A stretch of 63,308 nucleotides of DNA, filler included, from Reticulomyxa filosa (taxonomy: Eukaryota; Protista; Foraminifera): NCBI GenBank assembly GCA_000512085.1. It is 8 parts of 8 records of this genome, joined end to end, with 100 filler letters (N's around TTAATTAATTAA, not from the genome) between each part and the next. Parts side by side here need not be neighbours in the genome. Positions count along the whole stretch, not along the records: positions 25,511 to 41,951 come from ASPP01005991.1; positions 42,052 to 46,819 come from ASPP01021806.1; positions 46,920 to 51,235 come from ASPP01013386.1; 5 more parts are not named here. The stretch is one strand, 5' to 3'. Each line of letters opens with the position of its first letter. Position 1 is the first letter of the stretch. Position numbers and translations under genes: made by a program. A model generated the notes under the pieces. It saw nothing but the letters and a program-made list of their open reading frames with translations. It was not told where the DNA came from and made no database searches. This document shows positions 39,010 to 51,335 of this stretch, one piece after another.

Positions 39010-41119
39010 TCAGGCCCAGCCTGAGATTTGCGTGTATAATTGTAAAATGGAGCTGATGCCAAAAAACACACCCAAGATTGTGGTGATCCATCGTTGAGAC
39101 AATGATAGTGAGTCGGTCCTCCAAACGACCGCAGCAGGAAAAATGAAGCAGCCTGTGAGGATCCCCCCGATGGCACCATTTGAGACAGCAAAGTCGTATA
39201 TACACATATATGTAAATATAAATATAAAATAAAAAGCACAAAACAAATTGGTAAAGTGGTGGAACCCATTAGTGCATTGACTTGACCAATGTTATCTGCG
39301 ACCAGAGCAACTCCAGCAGCAGACAAAACAAAAGACAGCGTGACGATGATGTGCTGTCTTTCTGGCAGTTGAAACGACATGTTTGCAAAAAAGCTTTTTG
39401 GTGTTCGTGCAGACTGAAGAGCGGTGCTCGTAGGGGGTTGACTTTCGGCCACTTTCTCCTTCGGTGCAGTTGGATTTTGTTCCAAGGAGAGTTGCCCATG
39501 CAAGGCGTGTTCTTTTTCTCTTTCATGCACAACCGCAGCCATTTCAACTTTCGCATCTTCGTTCTTCGCTGTCTCCACGTTTGCGCGATTATTATTTGTG
39601 GCATTGTCTATTTCAGTTTTTTTGGATTCCGGTCCGACGGCTTCTCGGTCCATTTCGACATAACTTCTTCGAACTTCGGCCGGCACTTTCAATGCCCCCA
39701 GAGACCTCTAAAAAAAAAAAAAAAGGAGGTACCCAAATGTCACAAAAAGACGCAGATACATATACGTTACATGTTTTCATAAAAAAAAAAAAAAAAAAGA
39801 CCACTAAACCGATCGAGCAGCAGAAAGTAACAACTCTGCCAACGATTTTCGAAAGGCATGGGCAAATAATGGCACGTCACTGATGACGTAGAGGGACAAC
39901 AGGATCATGGCAGCCAGCATGGCCTTGTTCTTTCCATAGTCGGAAGACAGTAAGTTGGGTTGCACCGATTGCGGGAATGTAAAGTATCCAAAATAGGCAA
40001 CGGAAAGATATAAGAAGAATGAGAATCCATAACTGTACATCATACTTTTCTTTAATCGCTCAATTCCTCTGTCTTTCATTTCAAAATATATTGGCAAAAA
40101 GGTTGGTTGCGCTGCAAATCCACCGGCCATCAGGACAATCGCATACGTATGCTAATGCAAAAAAAAAAAACATACGTATACATATATACATACATGTATG
40201 TATGTGTAATATGCATATATGTATCTATAATTAACACAAATGATTAGGTACATGCATACACATTATACGTAATTCATTAAAAAAAAAAAACAAAACTTGC
40301 AGGAAATCATTAGTTGCTGCATTCAAATGTGAGACACTTTGTGCAAAACATTTGCGATTGTGTTCAGTGGCAGTGGAGTTGCACCAATCGAAATAAATGC
40401 CGGTGACAACAGCGGCAGTATAAATCAAAAAGGCAAGGCCTGCCATTGAGTTGTAACGCAATTCACTCATTCGTCGGAACAGCGATAATGGTATTACAAT
40501 GATGATAACACAAAGTGGCAATAGCACGTATTCGCTGTCCCATACACCGTTGTGACTTGATCCGGCGATAATACGGATCGCCGGAATCAGCAATGTTTTC
40601 ACTAACGTCATGTACGATACACATGCACTCCACAACAAACCTATCAATGTACATTGGATCGCTATTGCTACTCGATCTCCATACAATTTCTCGCCCAGAC
40701 GTCGAAAACTACGGCAATTGTTCAGTTCGCAACATCTTGCCAGTATTAGTACTACATATGCACAGCTCCAGCCACAAAACAATAAATAAAATAGGCCCAT
40801 TACTGTTCCGCATTGTCTGGGGTTATTGTTTGTTTTTTTTTTCCCTCAGTATTGATTTGTACCTCACCGCTTTGTTTGCTTACACATACGTCTTACTCTT
40901 TTCTTTCTCCCTCCTATCTCTCGTTTTCCAAAAGGGTTGGAATAGACCCCGTTATAACACAAACGATTATCCGTACTTTATTGCATAAGACAGCGTCAGA
41001 GTCCCCGGACCTACCATGCCTGATATCATCTCAAAGGTCGAAGCCTCCAAAGATCCAGGCGTTGGATTTAAAAACTCGAGGCTTTCGCCAATCTTCGTCC
41101 ACCAAGAAGTAGAAGCCAT
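39010..41119 (-). CDS. Amino acid/auxin permease (AAAP/SLC38-like) transporter, multi-exon
   Basis: STFEMISGMVGPGTLTLSYAIK|QCG, IIVIPLSLFRRMSELRYNS, FAAQPTFLPIYFEMK, YFGYFTF, LMGSTTLPI, CFIFPA. Confidence 0.88.
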
Positions 41120-41394
41120 CTTTGCCAGAAGTAAAGCTCAAACAACTTTTTAAACTGGCCCACTTAAAAAAAAAAAGAGCAATATTTCATGTTATAATAG
41201 CAGCACGCGTATCCCACTGCTTTATAAACAAGACATGTCCTTGTTTTATGTTAGTATTATCGTCTTTTTGCGAAAAAAAGTTTCTGTTTTCCTTACAGGT
41301 GGCTGTCAAGTTATTTTTTTTTCCACGTGATTAGTAGTATTTAACTGAAGTTATACCAATATATCAGCGTTTTTTTTGCGTTTCAACAATCAAA

Positions 41395-41907
41395 ATGACT
41401 GAGTCTCCTCTCGAAGAAGAAAAGTGTAACGACAGTATCAGCAATGTAATCGTGCGCGAAGTAATAAGTAGCGAGAAGCTGTTCCGTGAGCATCCACCAA
41501 AATTCACGAACAAGAATAAGCAATATTTGTGGGAAAAGTGTGTGAAGATTTATAATAAAGAAGAGAGTGAAGCAACGAATAGCAAACGCATAGATTTGGT
41601 CTATGCAAGGTATGCAGTACAAGCGCACGAAGCATTGAAAGCGGTGACAAGCCCAAAAAGTTTCATCGAAAATAATATGTCAGTGAAAGAGGACATTTAC
41701 GACTACGTACGAATAGAAGCAAAAGACACGTACGAGTTTTACGTGAACTTTGCAGATGCCAATTTGTTTGGCTTTTACGCGGGACCGTTGTTTGCTCAAG
41801 ACGAAGTGATGACAATGGAGCATCCTGTCCTCTGTTCGTTGAGAGAAGGGCTACTGACCCGCACTGCATGCGATGATGAAAGGATCAAAAGTATGTTTTC
41901 TACGTAA
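41395..41907 (+). CDS. PARG-like macrodomain protein, 3' part lost at the spacer
   Basis: FYVNFADANLFGFYAGPLFAQDEVMTMEHPVL aligns with the PARG loop VDFAN...GGG...VQEEI...PEL. Confidence 0.55.
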   Translation: MTESPLEEEKCNDSISNVIVREVISSEKLFREHPPKFTNKNKQYLWEKCVKIYNKEESEATNSKRIDLVYARYAVQAHEALKAVTSPKSFIENNMSVKEDIYDYVRIEAKDTYEFYVNFADANLFGFYAGPLFAQDEVMTMEHPVLCSLREGLLTRTACDDERIKSMFST

Positions 41908-41916
41908 TTTTATTTC

Positions 41917-41951
<35 letters not shown>

Positions 41952-42051
41952 NNNNNNNNNNNNNNNNNNNNNNNNNNNNNNNNNNNNNNNNNNNNTTAAT
42001 TAATTAANNNNNNNNNNNNNNNNNNNNNNNNNNNNNNNNNNNNNNNNNNNN
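41952..42051. other. Artificial contig spacer
   Basis: 44N-TTAATTAATTAA-44N. Confidence 0.99.
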
Positions 42052-42747
42052 ACTTATCATAGCAAATACAATTTAATGGATTAAAAAACAATAATTAATT
42101 TAACAAAAACTTAAAAAAATTCGAAAAAAAAAAAATTCATTCTCTTCGTTTCTTGGTATTGCGGCCTTTTCTTGGCATTAGGTGGTTTTTTCATTAATTT
42201 CCTGCTCCGAAGCGTTATTTCTTCTTTTTTTCTGGCATCGGTCCTTTTCATTAGATATCTCGATATATCTTCATTTCGATCTTGACGTGACAGACATTTC
42301 CATGGGAAGTTTCTTTTAAAACTACACTAGCCAACTGACTATGCATATGTCAGACGACGAGAAAGTGGTTTGAATTTTTTAAAATTATGTTAATATCATT
42401 TCAACTCCACTCATATTTATCGAAACATTCCTTTTAAATGAAACAAGCAGTGTTTTATAGCATATAGAAAAGTTTTTTAAATTTTCTACAAGCATCGTTT
42501 GATACTAGGACTGTCTTGTTTATTGCATTTTATCGTGTCTGTTTTCGAATTAAATTATCCTCATCAAAAAAGAATTGTCATAATGTTTTATGGTTTAAAT
42601 TGCTTTTATATCTATTCCTACTTCAAATTTCATTTTAGGAAGAAAATTGTTCCTTTTTTAAAAAAACTATTTAACAAAAAAAAAAAAAAAAAAAGCAATT
42701 ATGACGTTTGTAAAAGAAAATGTACATATCTTATTTTCTATTATAAA

Positions 42748-44848
42748 CTAAAACGAAGATTCGTTATGTTCATGTAACTCTTCGTTTAATTCTTTTGCCC
42801 TTATTTTTGCTGCTAGTGTTTCTTCATGGCATTCTCCCAGTAATGCACTGTATCTCTTCCAAGCCTCTTCATAGTATTTGTAAGCTTTTTCCTTTTCTCC
42901 TTTTCCGTTAAACACAATTGCTAAATTCCAGCATGAATCACCAATATCTCTGTTTGCATTTTTAAATGTCTCCATCCGTATCTTTAGCGATTTCTCATAG
43001 CACTCTATTGATCCTTCATCCCCTTTACATTGATAGGAAATCCCTAAATTATGGTATAATTGAGCAACAAAAGCGTAATTGACTCCAAATATTTTCAATG
43101 CTATATCGAGTGCTTTTTCAAAGAATTGAATTGCAGTGTCATATTCCCCTTTATCATTGTATGTAATGGCAAGCAAATTGTATGCAATGGCGACATAAGG
43201 ATGATCCAATCCAAATGTGTCAGCACAAATTTTCAAATATTTTTGTAAATGAAGGAGAGAGGTGTTAAACAGACATTTCTCTGAACATTTTTCCTCTTCG
43301 CATTCAAGATCTTGAAGTTGCGCCGGAATGTCATAATGCATTTTCGTATTCCATTGGATGGGAGAAGGGATGGATAGCTCCAACTTTTGATCAACGATAG
43401 TATTTTTTGTGACAAACAGTTGTGTTGTAATGCACACATTTCTTTTGCATTGAAGTCTGCAATTGATGACATATGCATTTCCATCTACACTCACTTCATC
43501 CAATGTTATTACATTTCCTTTGATAACATACAAAAAGTAATGTCCAATTTGTTTCTTTTCAATTTGTTTATAATTCAATAAAGAAGAAAGATGGCCATCA
43601 TTAAAGACAAGGATCAATCCTCGTTCATTATCTTTCATCATTTGCTCGACCACTTTTGCAGCCTCCATATTTGCCTTTCTCCAATATCTGTCCCAATGTC
43701 TCTTAAAATCCAAAGTTTCTATGGCGTTGTCTGTCAGTTGCGAAAGTTTGTCATTGATATCGTTATCACATGTTTTTGGAATCAAACAAATATCAAACTC
43801 TTTGCTCAAAGCCATTTTAGCAAGTCCCTTTTCGAATAATGGACCAAGTATTGCATTAGCGACTTGTTGGATGACAACATTCAAACTCGTGTTCATATTG
43901 CTTTGAAGAGTGTGACAAAAAACTTGGGTGAAATAACTGCACCTTTTTTCATTTTGATTTTCTAAATTGTCGATATTTGGCTTTTGTAAAGTATTCGCAA
44001 ATATTGTTAATACATTTGTATCTTTTTGTTGATCGATTTGAATCCCATGATTACTTTCGTCTTGTTTGCCATTTTCTTGTTCATCACATATCACCATACA
44101 TATTTTGGGCTTCTTTTCGAAATAACCAGTTTTTATATCAATTTCGTGTTGAATGTCTTTGATATCTTTGGTTTTATTGTCACTGGTGATTACATTGGGG
44201 CCATTGCTTCCAAACTCTCCATGTCCGCACCACACAAATATCAATCCATCATACATATTGTTGTGATTACAATCACTGGCGACATCAACATGATCGGAAA
44301 TGAAATCAATTAGGTCTTTCAAAGTCAATGATTCTACATTTGGGTTTTGGATGTTACAAGTGCTAAACACTTGATAACCAAAGTTCGTTTGGAATAACGA
44401 TTGCAACAAATGAAGATCTTGCATTACACTTTTTAAATATGATCGTTGCTCATATTTCAACGCTCCTGCCAGTAACACCAATGGATATTTCATTTCATAC
44501 AATGACGGTGATCGTAATTGTTCATTTGTTTTCCCTGTTAATTTTGTGCATCGTTTTTTTTTTTTTTTTTTTTTTTTTTGTTGAAATTGTACAATGGAAA
44601 GTCAAAAACAAAAAACCTTGAAAATAAGCCTTGAAATCAAGCTGACCACATTCAACACACTTTTGAAGCTGTTGTTCTGTTTCAATGTCACATTCATTAC
44701 CGTCAGTCACTTTAACTAAAACGTTACCTTGTTGGTCGTGCGTACTGACTTCGATGATCTGTTGTTTTAGGATTTCAATTGTCAATTTTGTCAATTCAAC
44801 CCGATATTTTTTTGTCCCGATTGTCACGAAAGCTTGCAAGGTTGACAT
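42748..44848 (-). CDS. PB1/ubiquitin-like, caspase-like (C14 fold), unknown middle domain and TPR repeat protein (2 exons)
   Basis: Exon 1: KYRVELTKLTIEILKQQI...VTDGNECDIETEQQL. Exon 2: PLVLLAGALKY, DLHLLQSLFQTNFGYQV, YDGLIFVWCGHG, KKPKICMVIC, SYFTQVFC. TPRs: GLDHPYVAIAYNLLAITYNDKGEYDTAIQFFEKAL. Confidence 0.8.
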
Positions 44849-45213
44849 TGCTTTAATGTTCAAATAAAAATTTTTTTTTGGACATGATCAACAACCGGGG
44901 CGTTTTTTGTCGGACCCAACCCACACTGCTATCAATTCAACAATTTATATTTGTGTCTTTATTACGTCAAAATCAAGAACCATTACCAAAGCAAAAGGAT
45001 AGTGACATTTTAACAAATGGACACATAAAAAAACCCACACTGTTGAAAAACATACATTGTGAACCAAAATAATTTAAAGAAAAAAAAAACCACCAAATCA
45101 AAACCAAAAAGGTGATTGAAAACAAATCCAAATAAACAACAAGGAGAAAAAAAAAAGACAAATACGGCTACTCTACAAATGCTGGATTTTCGGATAATCT
45201 CAACAGATTGACA

Positions 45214-46758
45214 TTATTTCGTGTCAGGCATAGTTAATGTAGTGTCCTTAAGATTTCCTTTCTGTGTTATCGCAGATATCTTTCCAACAGCTTCCATTGT
45301 TTTAACATTTTGATTACTTCTATTCTTGCGAGGTGAATCCGGTAGTAATGCTTTAACGTTTTTTTGCTCATTCGTTTTAACAGGAATACTAACCACTGCT
45401 TTTGGCTGCACTTTCGAACTTGAGCATTTGTTAAGATTGGTTGATAACATTGACAATGTTTTGTCATGAACGACTGACGAACTAAATCGTCGAGGTGCTG
45501 GAGAAACACTACAAGTGGATTTTTCAGCACGATCAACACGATTGGCATTAATTTTCGAATTGATATGGCCAAAGCTGGTTTGTTTGACTATATTTTGCGA
45601 TTTTGTTAAGGGCAAAGATTTGAGCGAAGTTGAATGGCATAACTTTGCACGTTTGTTTGTTGGAAAAATATTTGGCGTGATGGAAGGAAATAGCACAACG
45701 TCATCTTTTTTTTCCTTGCGTGCCGACGGGGAACTAACAAGTGAGTTTTCATCCGTTCGTAATTGTGAACTTTCTGTCGACATGAGGTGTTGATGAGACA
45801 TCTTTTCATCATCAATCCTGTCCATCTGGCCATGGGTTGGCTGAATTTGTTTCTCAATATGTTTTTGATTGTTATTATTGCCGTTGTTGTTCTTTTGTAG
45901 TTTTTCTTTTTCTTCCACTTTTTCTTTTTCAACTTGTTTCGGTTTAGTTGTGGGAGTTTTCACAACTTGGTTTGACTTAACAACATTAACTTCAGAAATT
46001 TTCGTAATGATAGAAGTTTCATTTTTTTTCAAAACATTGGGTCGGCGAGACAAAGAGGAAGAAGGAGGGCGCACTATCGCAGCACTATGTCGTCTTGTCC
46101 TTTTTGCGTCTGCCACTGATGTCTGTTTGGAAAGAGAGGGGGAATTAGTACTAGGTTGAATAAAAGAGGAAGTTTTGTTTACAGCTGATGACAACGTAGA
46201 TGTTGTTGTTGTTGCAATAACCATTGCTGATGGCAATGAACTACGTTTCTTTGGAAGATCGTGACTTTGCTTTTTTTCGACAGTCGCAATAGCTTTTCGT
46301 TTTGTATTCACCACCAATGTGTCGGTAGTTTTGGTTGACACCGGTTTTGGTGTATTCACCTTGGCTGACATTTGGATCTTTGTCTGTGTCTCTGCAAACA
46401 AAGCGCTGGAAGACACTTTGTTTGCAGAGAAGTTACCCAAACCTGTGGGTTTGGAATAGCCGTGAGCCAAAGATACAGCATTTGTTTTGCTTGTCTTGGC
46501 AGTTGCTTGTTCTTTTTTCAACTTGACAGAAGAAGAAGGGAGGACCACTTTTTTTTTTTTTTTTTTGTTTGTGGAAGAGACAGTCGAATTTGCGTGCAGT
46601 GAATTTCTTCGGACTTTCGATGACATTTGTGCGGTCGTGTTTTGTTGCTTATCTGCAAGGGTCTGTGTTTTCCTTGTTGTTGTCATTGCTATCAATGGCA
46701 CACTGTTTTTTCGTTGTTTCTTTTCTGCATTCATTTCTATTCCTTTCGCCGTGGTCAT
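45214..46758 (-). CDS. Ser/Thr/Lys-rich low-complexity protein, probably 5' truncated
   Basis: 514-aa open frame in AT-rich DNA; no recognisable domain. Confidence 0.55.
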   Translation of the reverse strand: MTTAKGIEMNAEKKQRKNSVPLIAMTTTRKTQTLADKQQNTTAQMSSKVRRNSLHANSTVSSTNKKKKKKVVLPSSSVKLKKEQATAKTSKTNAVSLAHGYSKPTGLGNFSANKVSSSALFAETQTKIQMSAKVNTPKPVSTKTTDTLVVNTKRKAIATVEKKQSHDLPKKRSSLPSAMVIATTTTSTLSSAVNKTSSFIQPSTNSPSLSKQTSVADAKRTRRHSAAIVRPPSSSLSRRPNVLKKNETSIITKISEVNVVKSNQVVKTPTTKPKQVEKEKVEEKEKLQKNNNGNNNNQKHIEKQIQPTHGQMDRIDDEKMSHQHLMSTESSQLRTDENSLVSSPSARKEKKDDVVLFPSITPNIFPTNKRAKLCHSTSLKSLPLTKSQNIVKQTSFGHINSKINANRVDRAEKSTCSVSPAPRRFSSSVVHDKTLSMLSTNLNKCSSSKVQPKAVVSIPVKTNEQKNVKALLPDSPRKNRSNQNVKTMEAVGKISAITQKGNLKDTTLTMPDTK

Positions 46759-46819
46759 TGTTTTTGCGTTTATTTTTTTTTTCTCTCCGACTTGTTCTAA
46801 TTTTTTTTCCCCCCCCCCC

Positions 46820-46919
46820 NNNNNNNNNNNNNNNNNNNNNNNNNNNNNNNNNNNNNNNNNNNNTTAATTAATTAANNNNNNNNNNNNNNNNNNNNNNNNN
46901 NNNNNNNNNNNNNNNNNNN
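46820..46919. other. Artificial contig spacer
   Basis: 44N-TTAATTAATTAA-44N. Confidence 0.99.
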
Positions 46920-47822
46920 AAAAAAAAAAAAAAAAAATCAATAAATAACATGACACCTGATGCGAGTTCAAATTCAAATTGTCTTGTTGTTGTTTTAGAA
47001 GTTGATTCTTTAACACAGAGTTATCATTGAGTAATCTTGCAATTTGTTCATCTTTTTTCCCGTTTAATTGTGCCTGCAGTTTTAGCATTTCATTTTCCAG
47101 TTGCAATTGTCTCGTCTCTTCCTATTTTGCAAGCAAAGCTTTAACTTATTTCAGAATATGCTCCCTCAGAAAGTAAAGAATGGATGCACCTGACCAAGTT
47201 GAATGGAATGCTGTAACGACTCAACTTTCTTAATCACTAAATCAAAATGATGTTTTATGTTCGAAACCAAGTGACAATTCAATTCATTTTTTAAACATGA
47301 ATAATTACATCCAAATAATTTAAACCAACAATTTGAGAGTCTCAAAAAACATGAATTCTCTATGTGCTCCTTTACATCTTTTATTTTTCCTTTGAAGTCA
47401 CACACAGCAGCTCCAGATGTTTGCCCGGCTCTATTTCTTCCAAACTTTTGCAAGTCTTGTTGAAATTGCAGTGGACATGTTATGCACAAATCATTAATAA
47501 GGCGCTGCAGTGGTTTTGTTTTGCTGTACCGACAGCCGTCATGAGGTTGAACGGGGCAAGTATTATTGTTATCTTTGAGAAATTGCTTCAAGCAATTTTC
47601 CCCAACAATTAATGATTCATTCATGTCCTCGTGTTCAGGGCAACTAATCTCAAGTGGATTGTTGGCAACCTGCTTACAAATTAAGCAAATAAAATAATTA
47701 ATATTTTCTTGTCGGTTCGACTGTAAAATCCAACACTTATCAAAACACGACGACTGTTCAAGAGAATCCGGATCCACTCCAGTTTTAAAATCTTCCACAT
47801 TTTTGTATTCTACTTTTTCCAT
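46920..47822 (-). CDS. RING-like + TRAF-type zinc-finger + coiled-coil protein, 3' truncated
   Basis: [21 protein letters not shown]...GENCLKQFL...TCPVQPH; ITCP...[18 protein letters not shown]; [12 protein letters not shown]...[13 protein letters not shown]; coiled-coil exon [14 protein letters not shown]. Confidence 0.8.
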
Positions 47823-48679
47823 GTTGATATTCTCTTTGTTTGTTTAATATTGAATTTCAAATATTATTAATTTCGGTAAAGATCTCTTTTGCTGTTGTCG
47901 AGTTTTTGGGAAAAACCTATAAAACTTTGCTTGCTTAAAGAGCAATGGAACGTTAAACGTAATTTTATAGCAATATTATTATAATATAAAACATTTTATT
48001 CGTTTTCGGCTAAGAGGATATAGATTTAGCCACCAACACAGGTGAACAGATTTTTACCAGTTTCGTGAATTTTGACACATTTTTTTTGAAATGGGCCAAA
48101 CAAAGCAAAATTTGTACTTAAGGTTAAGGTTTTTCCTTTTTTTGTTGTGAACTGCGGTAGATACTGAAGCGAAGACTACACGGGAAAAAAAGAGAAAATT
48201 TCAGTTCAAAAATGTAAACTTGTGATTGTAAAAATTTTGTCTTGCGTTTTGGATATATCTATAATATTATCATTTTGTTTGAAAAGAGAGTTCCAAAAAT
48301 GCAGCGACTTATAAGTAACGTTGTCTGGGCTCTTTACAATATCCAATTTTTCAAAGTCAATGCATGATTATTCATCCAATAAAATGTGAAAGCCATTTTA
48401 TTGACTTAAATTTCATAACAAAGATACAAAGAAAGAAGTAGTTTGTAGACAATTGCTGTTGCAATGTAAAAAACCACTGTTATTGGATGTACGACTACCA
48501 TTTGTAGTAAACAAAGTTATTCAATATCTTTTTGTTGATTAATTGGCGTAGACACAACAAATAAGATATTATTGAATTGTTAGACTTAATATCACAGACA
48601 AAAGTGAAAAAAAAAGACAATTCCTTTGAATCAATAAATTAAAATATTTTCCATCTGAACAACAATATTGATATGTTGT

Positions 48680-48826
48680 AAAGATAATATTATTCGTTTA
48701 TGGGACATACAATTAAGAATGAAAATACAAGGATTAGAAGGACATTTAGAGAGAATAAAAGGATTTGATATTTCATCAGATGGAGATGTTATTGTATCAT
48801 TTTCTGATTATAAGCAACGAAAGTAG
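48680..48826 (+). pseudogene. WD40 gene relic (last blade), same style as 32603-33679
   Basis: KDNIIRLWDIQLRMKIQGLEGHLERIKGFDISSDGDVIVSFSD; upstream frames are broken. Confidence 0.7.
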
Positions 48827-48969
48827 TGAGTGGTAAACTGATTATGATATCACCTTTCAACAAAGAAATAAATAGGTAATCTATTTGAGATTTTTTTTCT
48901 TTTGAATTATCTTTGGAAAATTTCATAATTATCAAATAAAAATAAAAATCAAAACATAGTTAATTTATT

Positions 48970-50042
48970 TTATCTGCTATATCTAATAATCATTTTATCA
49001 AAATCATCAATCCATCCTAAATTTATCTTTAAAATTCCAATCCAATATTGAATAGTAAATTTTATTTCTTTTTTTGACTGTTCACAATTTATTATTTAAT
49101 ATTTAATATTTATTTGTCAATTCGTTTCATCAAAACAAATAAATAAACAAATCATTGCCAACAGTGAAGGATCTCATATACGCACTTCAGTCTTCATGTG
49201 AGTTGATACTGTTGTATTTTTATCATCATCTCCTCCAATGATGTGTAGATAATTATCTTCTTCACTCAGTATTGCAGCACAATGATATAATGGACCAGGT
49301 AAAGCGTTTTGAAACGTAGTCCATTTGTTTTCTCGAATCGAATACTTTTATACTGATTTTGAAGCAGTATCTTTATGAATATTCCATCCACCAAATAACA
49401 AGATGATATCATTGATACACACATATGTATATCCACTGAATATTGAAATATCCTTACAAACAGATAGTTTATGAAATTGAAAAGTGTTATTATCTTCATC
49501 ATATTTAATTGATAATCCTGTATCTTTACAAAACAACAGCATTTAATAATTTTGTTTATTTATTTTCATCATTTCTTATTCTTGTCCATTTTCTGACCTT
49601 GATACAAAGCAATGATAATTAATATTATTCTTAGCTGATAAAATATCATGTTTAATAAATTGAAATGTATTTAAATCAAATACACTAATATTATCTCTTT
49701 GATAAATGATAAATAACAAATTATTGTTGAGTCCACCAATTATTGCACGCGCTCCATAATAATTATCATTATCTGTGATTGTCTACAAAAGGGACCCATC
49801 CATATAATTTAACATCAATTGAATAGTCACAGATAAGCTTGTATTCGTTTTTGATTGTATGATAAGAGTAACAAGCTCTTTTGTTCCAACCACCACAAAT
49901 GAGGAGTTCGTGTTTATGTAGCGCATATTGAGGATTAGAAAGTGGATTGGGCAATTTCTTTAAAATTTGAAAGGTTTTTAAAAAAGGGTAATTTGACCAG
50001 GAAGACAAAAATTACGATCAGATTACAATATTGATTGTGCAT
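48970..50042 (-). pseudogene. Kelch-like propeller pseudogene with a C-terminal GW-box exon (49077..48970)
   Basis: Homologous to 34457 (ELLICGG...CYSYHTIKNEYKLIC, ARAIIGG, ILLFGGW). TAA at 49578, 49545 and 49350; TGA at 49176; internal deletion plus frameshift; GC donor at 49158. Confidence 0.85.
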
Positions 50043-50447
50043 TTTTAAAAGTAAAAAAGTCTTTGGGACATCTCAAATGTGATAGCCAGATTGAAAAAAA
50101 ATCACACAAGTTATTTTATGAATGTAATTCTTAGGTGATAATAATTATTTCTTATTTAAGTATTAAGTTTTTATTTTTAATCTTTTGCTGCAATTACATT
50201 TTTAAATTGTTTGAATTTATTTTATGTGTGAAATGATATCTGTTTTTTACAAAGGAAACAAATTCTTAATCTTATTACATTTACATACAAAAAGAAAATA
50301 AACTGCTAAAACATAAAAGCAACAAAACTTCTCAATATTAAGAATAATTTATGTTTGACAGCACTTTTTCATTGATTTTGAAAGAAAAGAGCTCAAACAT
50401 TTTTCATCTTGCATCATCTAAGACTACCCCAAAAAGAAAAAAAAAGA

Positions 50448-51235
50448 ATGACCACTCAAAGCAATGAAAAACAAGCTTCAATACAACCAGTATTAGTAAG
50501 CTTTATTTCAATGTTTCAAAAAATTTATTGCTTTTATCATATTTATTTTATTTGTGACTTATGGTTAAACCAGTTAGAAGAAGATATCCAAGTGATTATT
50601 TGGAATTGGATTCGAATATTAAATATTAAATTAGGATGGGTCAATGATCTTGATAAACTTGTTTCCAATTATGTTATGTTTTATTTTCATTCAATCACAA
50701 ATGTATATTTGTTTACAATATTTATTATTACATTCTAAACACAGACAGGAATCTTCTTCATGCTTGATACATTTCGTTCATCATCCAAATTAATTAATAC
50801 ATTCAATGGACATACTGATATTGTGTGTAGCATTGATTATTCAACATTTGATTGTAGTCAATTTATTTGTTCTGGATCATACGATAAAACAGTTCGTATA
50901 TGGGATATTGATAACAACAAACAAATTCAATCATTCAATGGACATTCATCTTTTGTGCATTGTGTGAAATTTTCACCATATCATTATCATAATTATCGTC
51001 AAAATGTCATTTGTTCTTCATCAAGTGACAGCACCATTTGTTTTTGGGATTTCAAACATAATAAACAATTACAAATATTTAGTGAACACACTGATGGTGT
51101 TTGTGGTATTGAATTTTCACCATTTAATTATGGTAGATATTTGTGTTCTGTATCGCATGACAACACTATTTGTTTATGGGATGTTGAAACATCAACACCA
51201 TTACATATTTTCAATGGACATACAAGTACCGTTTG
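50448..51235 (+). CDS. WD40 protein with an N-terminal GW-box exon (50574-50672), truncated by the spacer
   Basis: Exons 50448-50495, 50574-50672 and 50745 onward, all phase 0; repeats GHTDIVCSIDYS, GHSSFVHCVKFS and others. Confidence 0.9.
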
Positions 51236-51335
51236 NNNNNNNNNNNNNNNNNNNNNNNNNNNNNNNNNNNNNNNNNNNNTTAATTAATTAANNNNNNNNN
51301 NNNNNNNNNNNNNNNNNNNNNNNNNNNNNNNNNNN
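51236..51335. other. Artificial contig spacer
   Basis: 44N-TTAATTAATTAA-44N. Confidence 0.99.

Noticed and set aside
49174-49578. TAA=Gln / TGA=Trp stop-codon reassignment
   Set aside because: The same gene has deletions and a frameshift. Long intact genes in the window lack in-frame stops and end in TAA, TAG or TGA.
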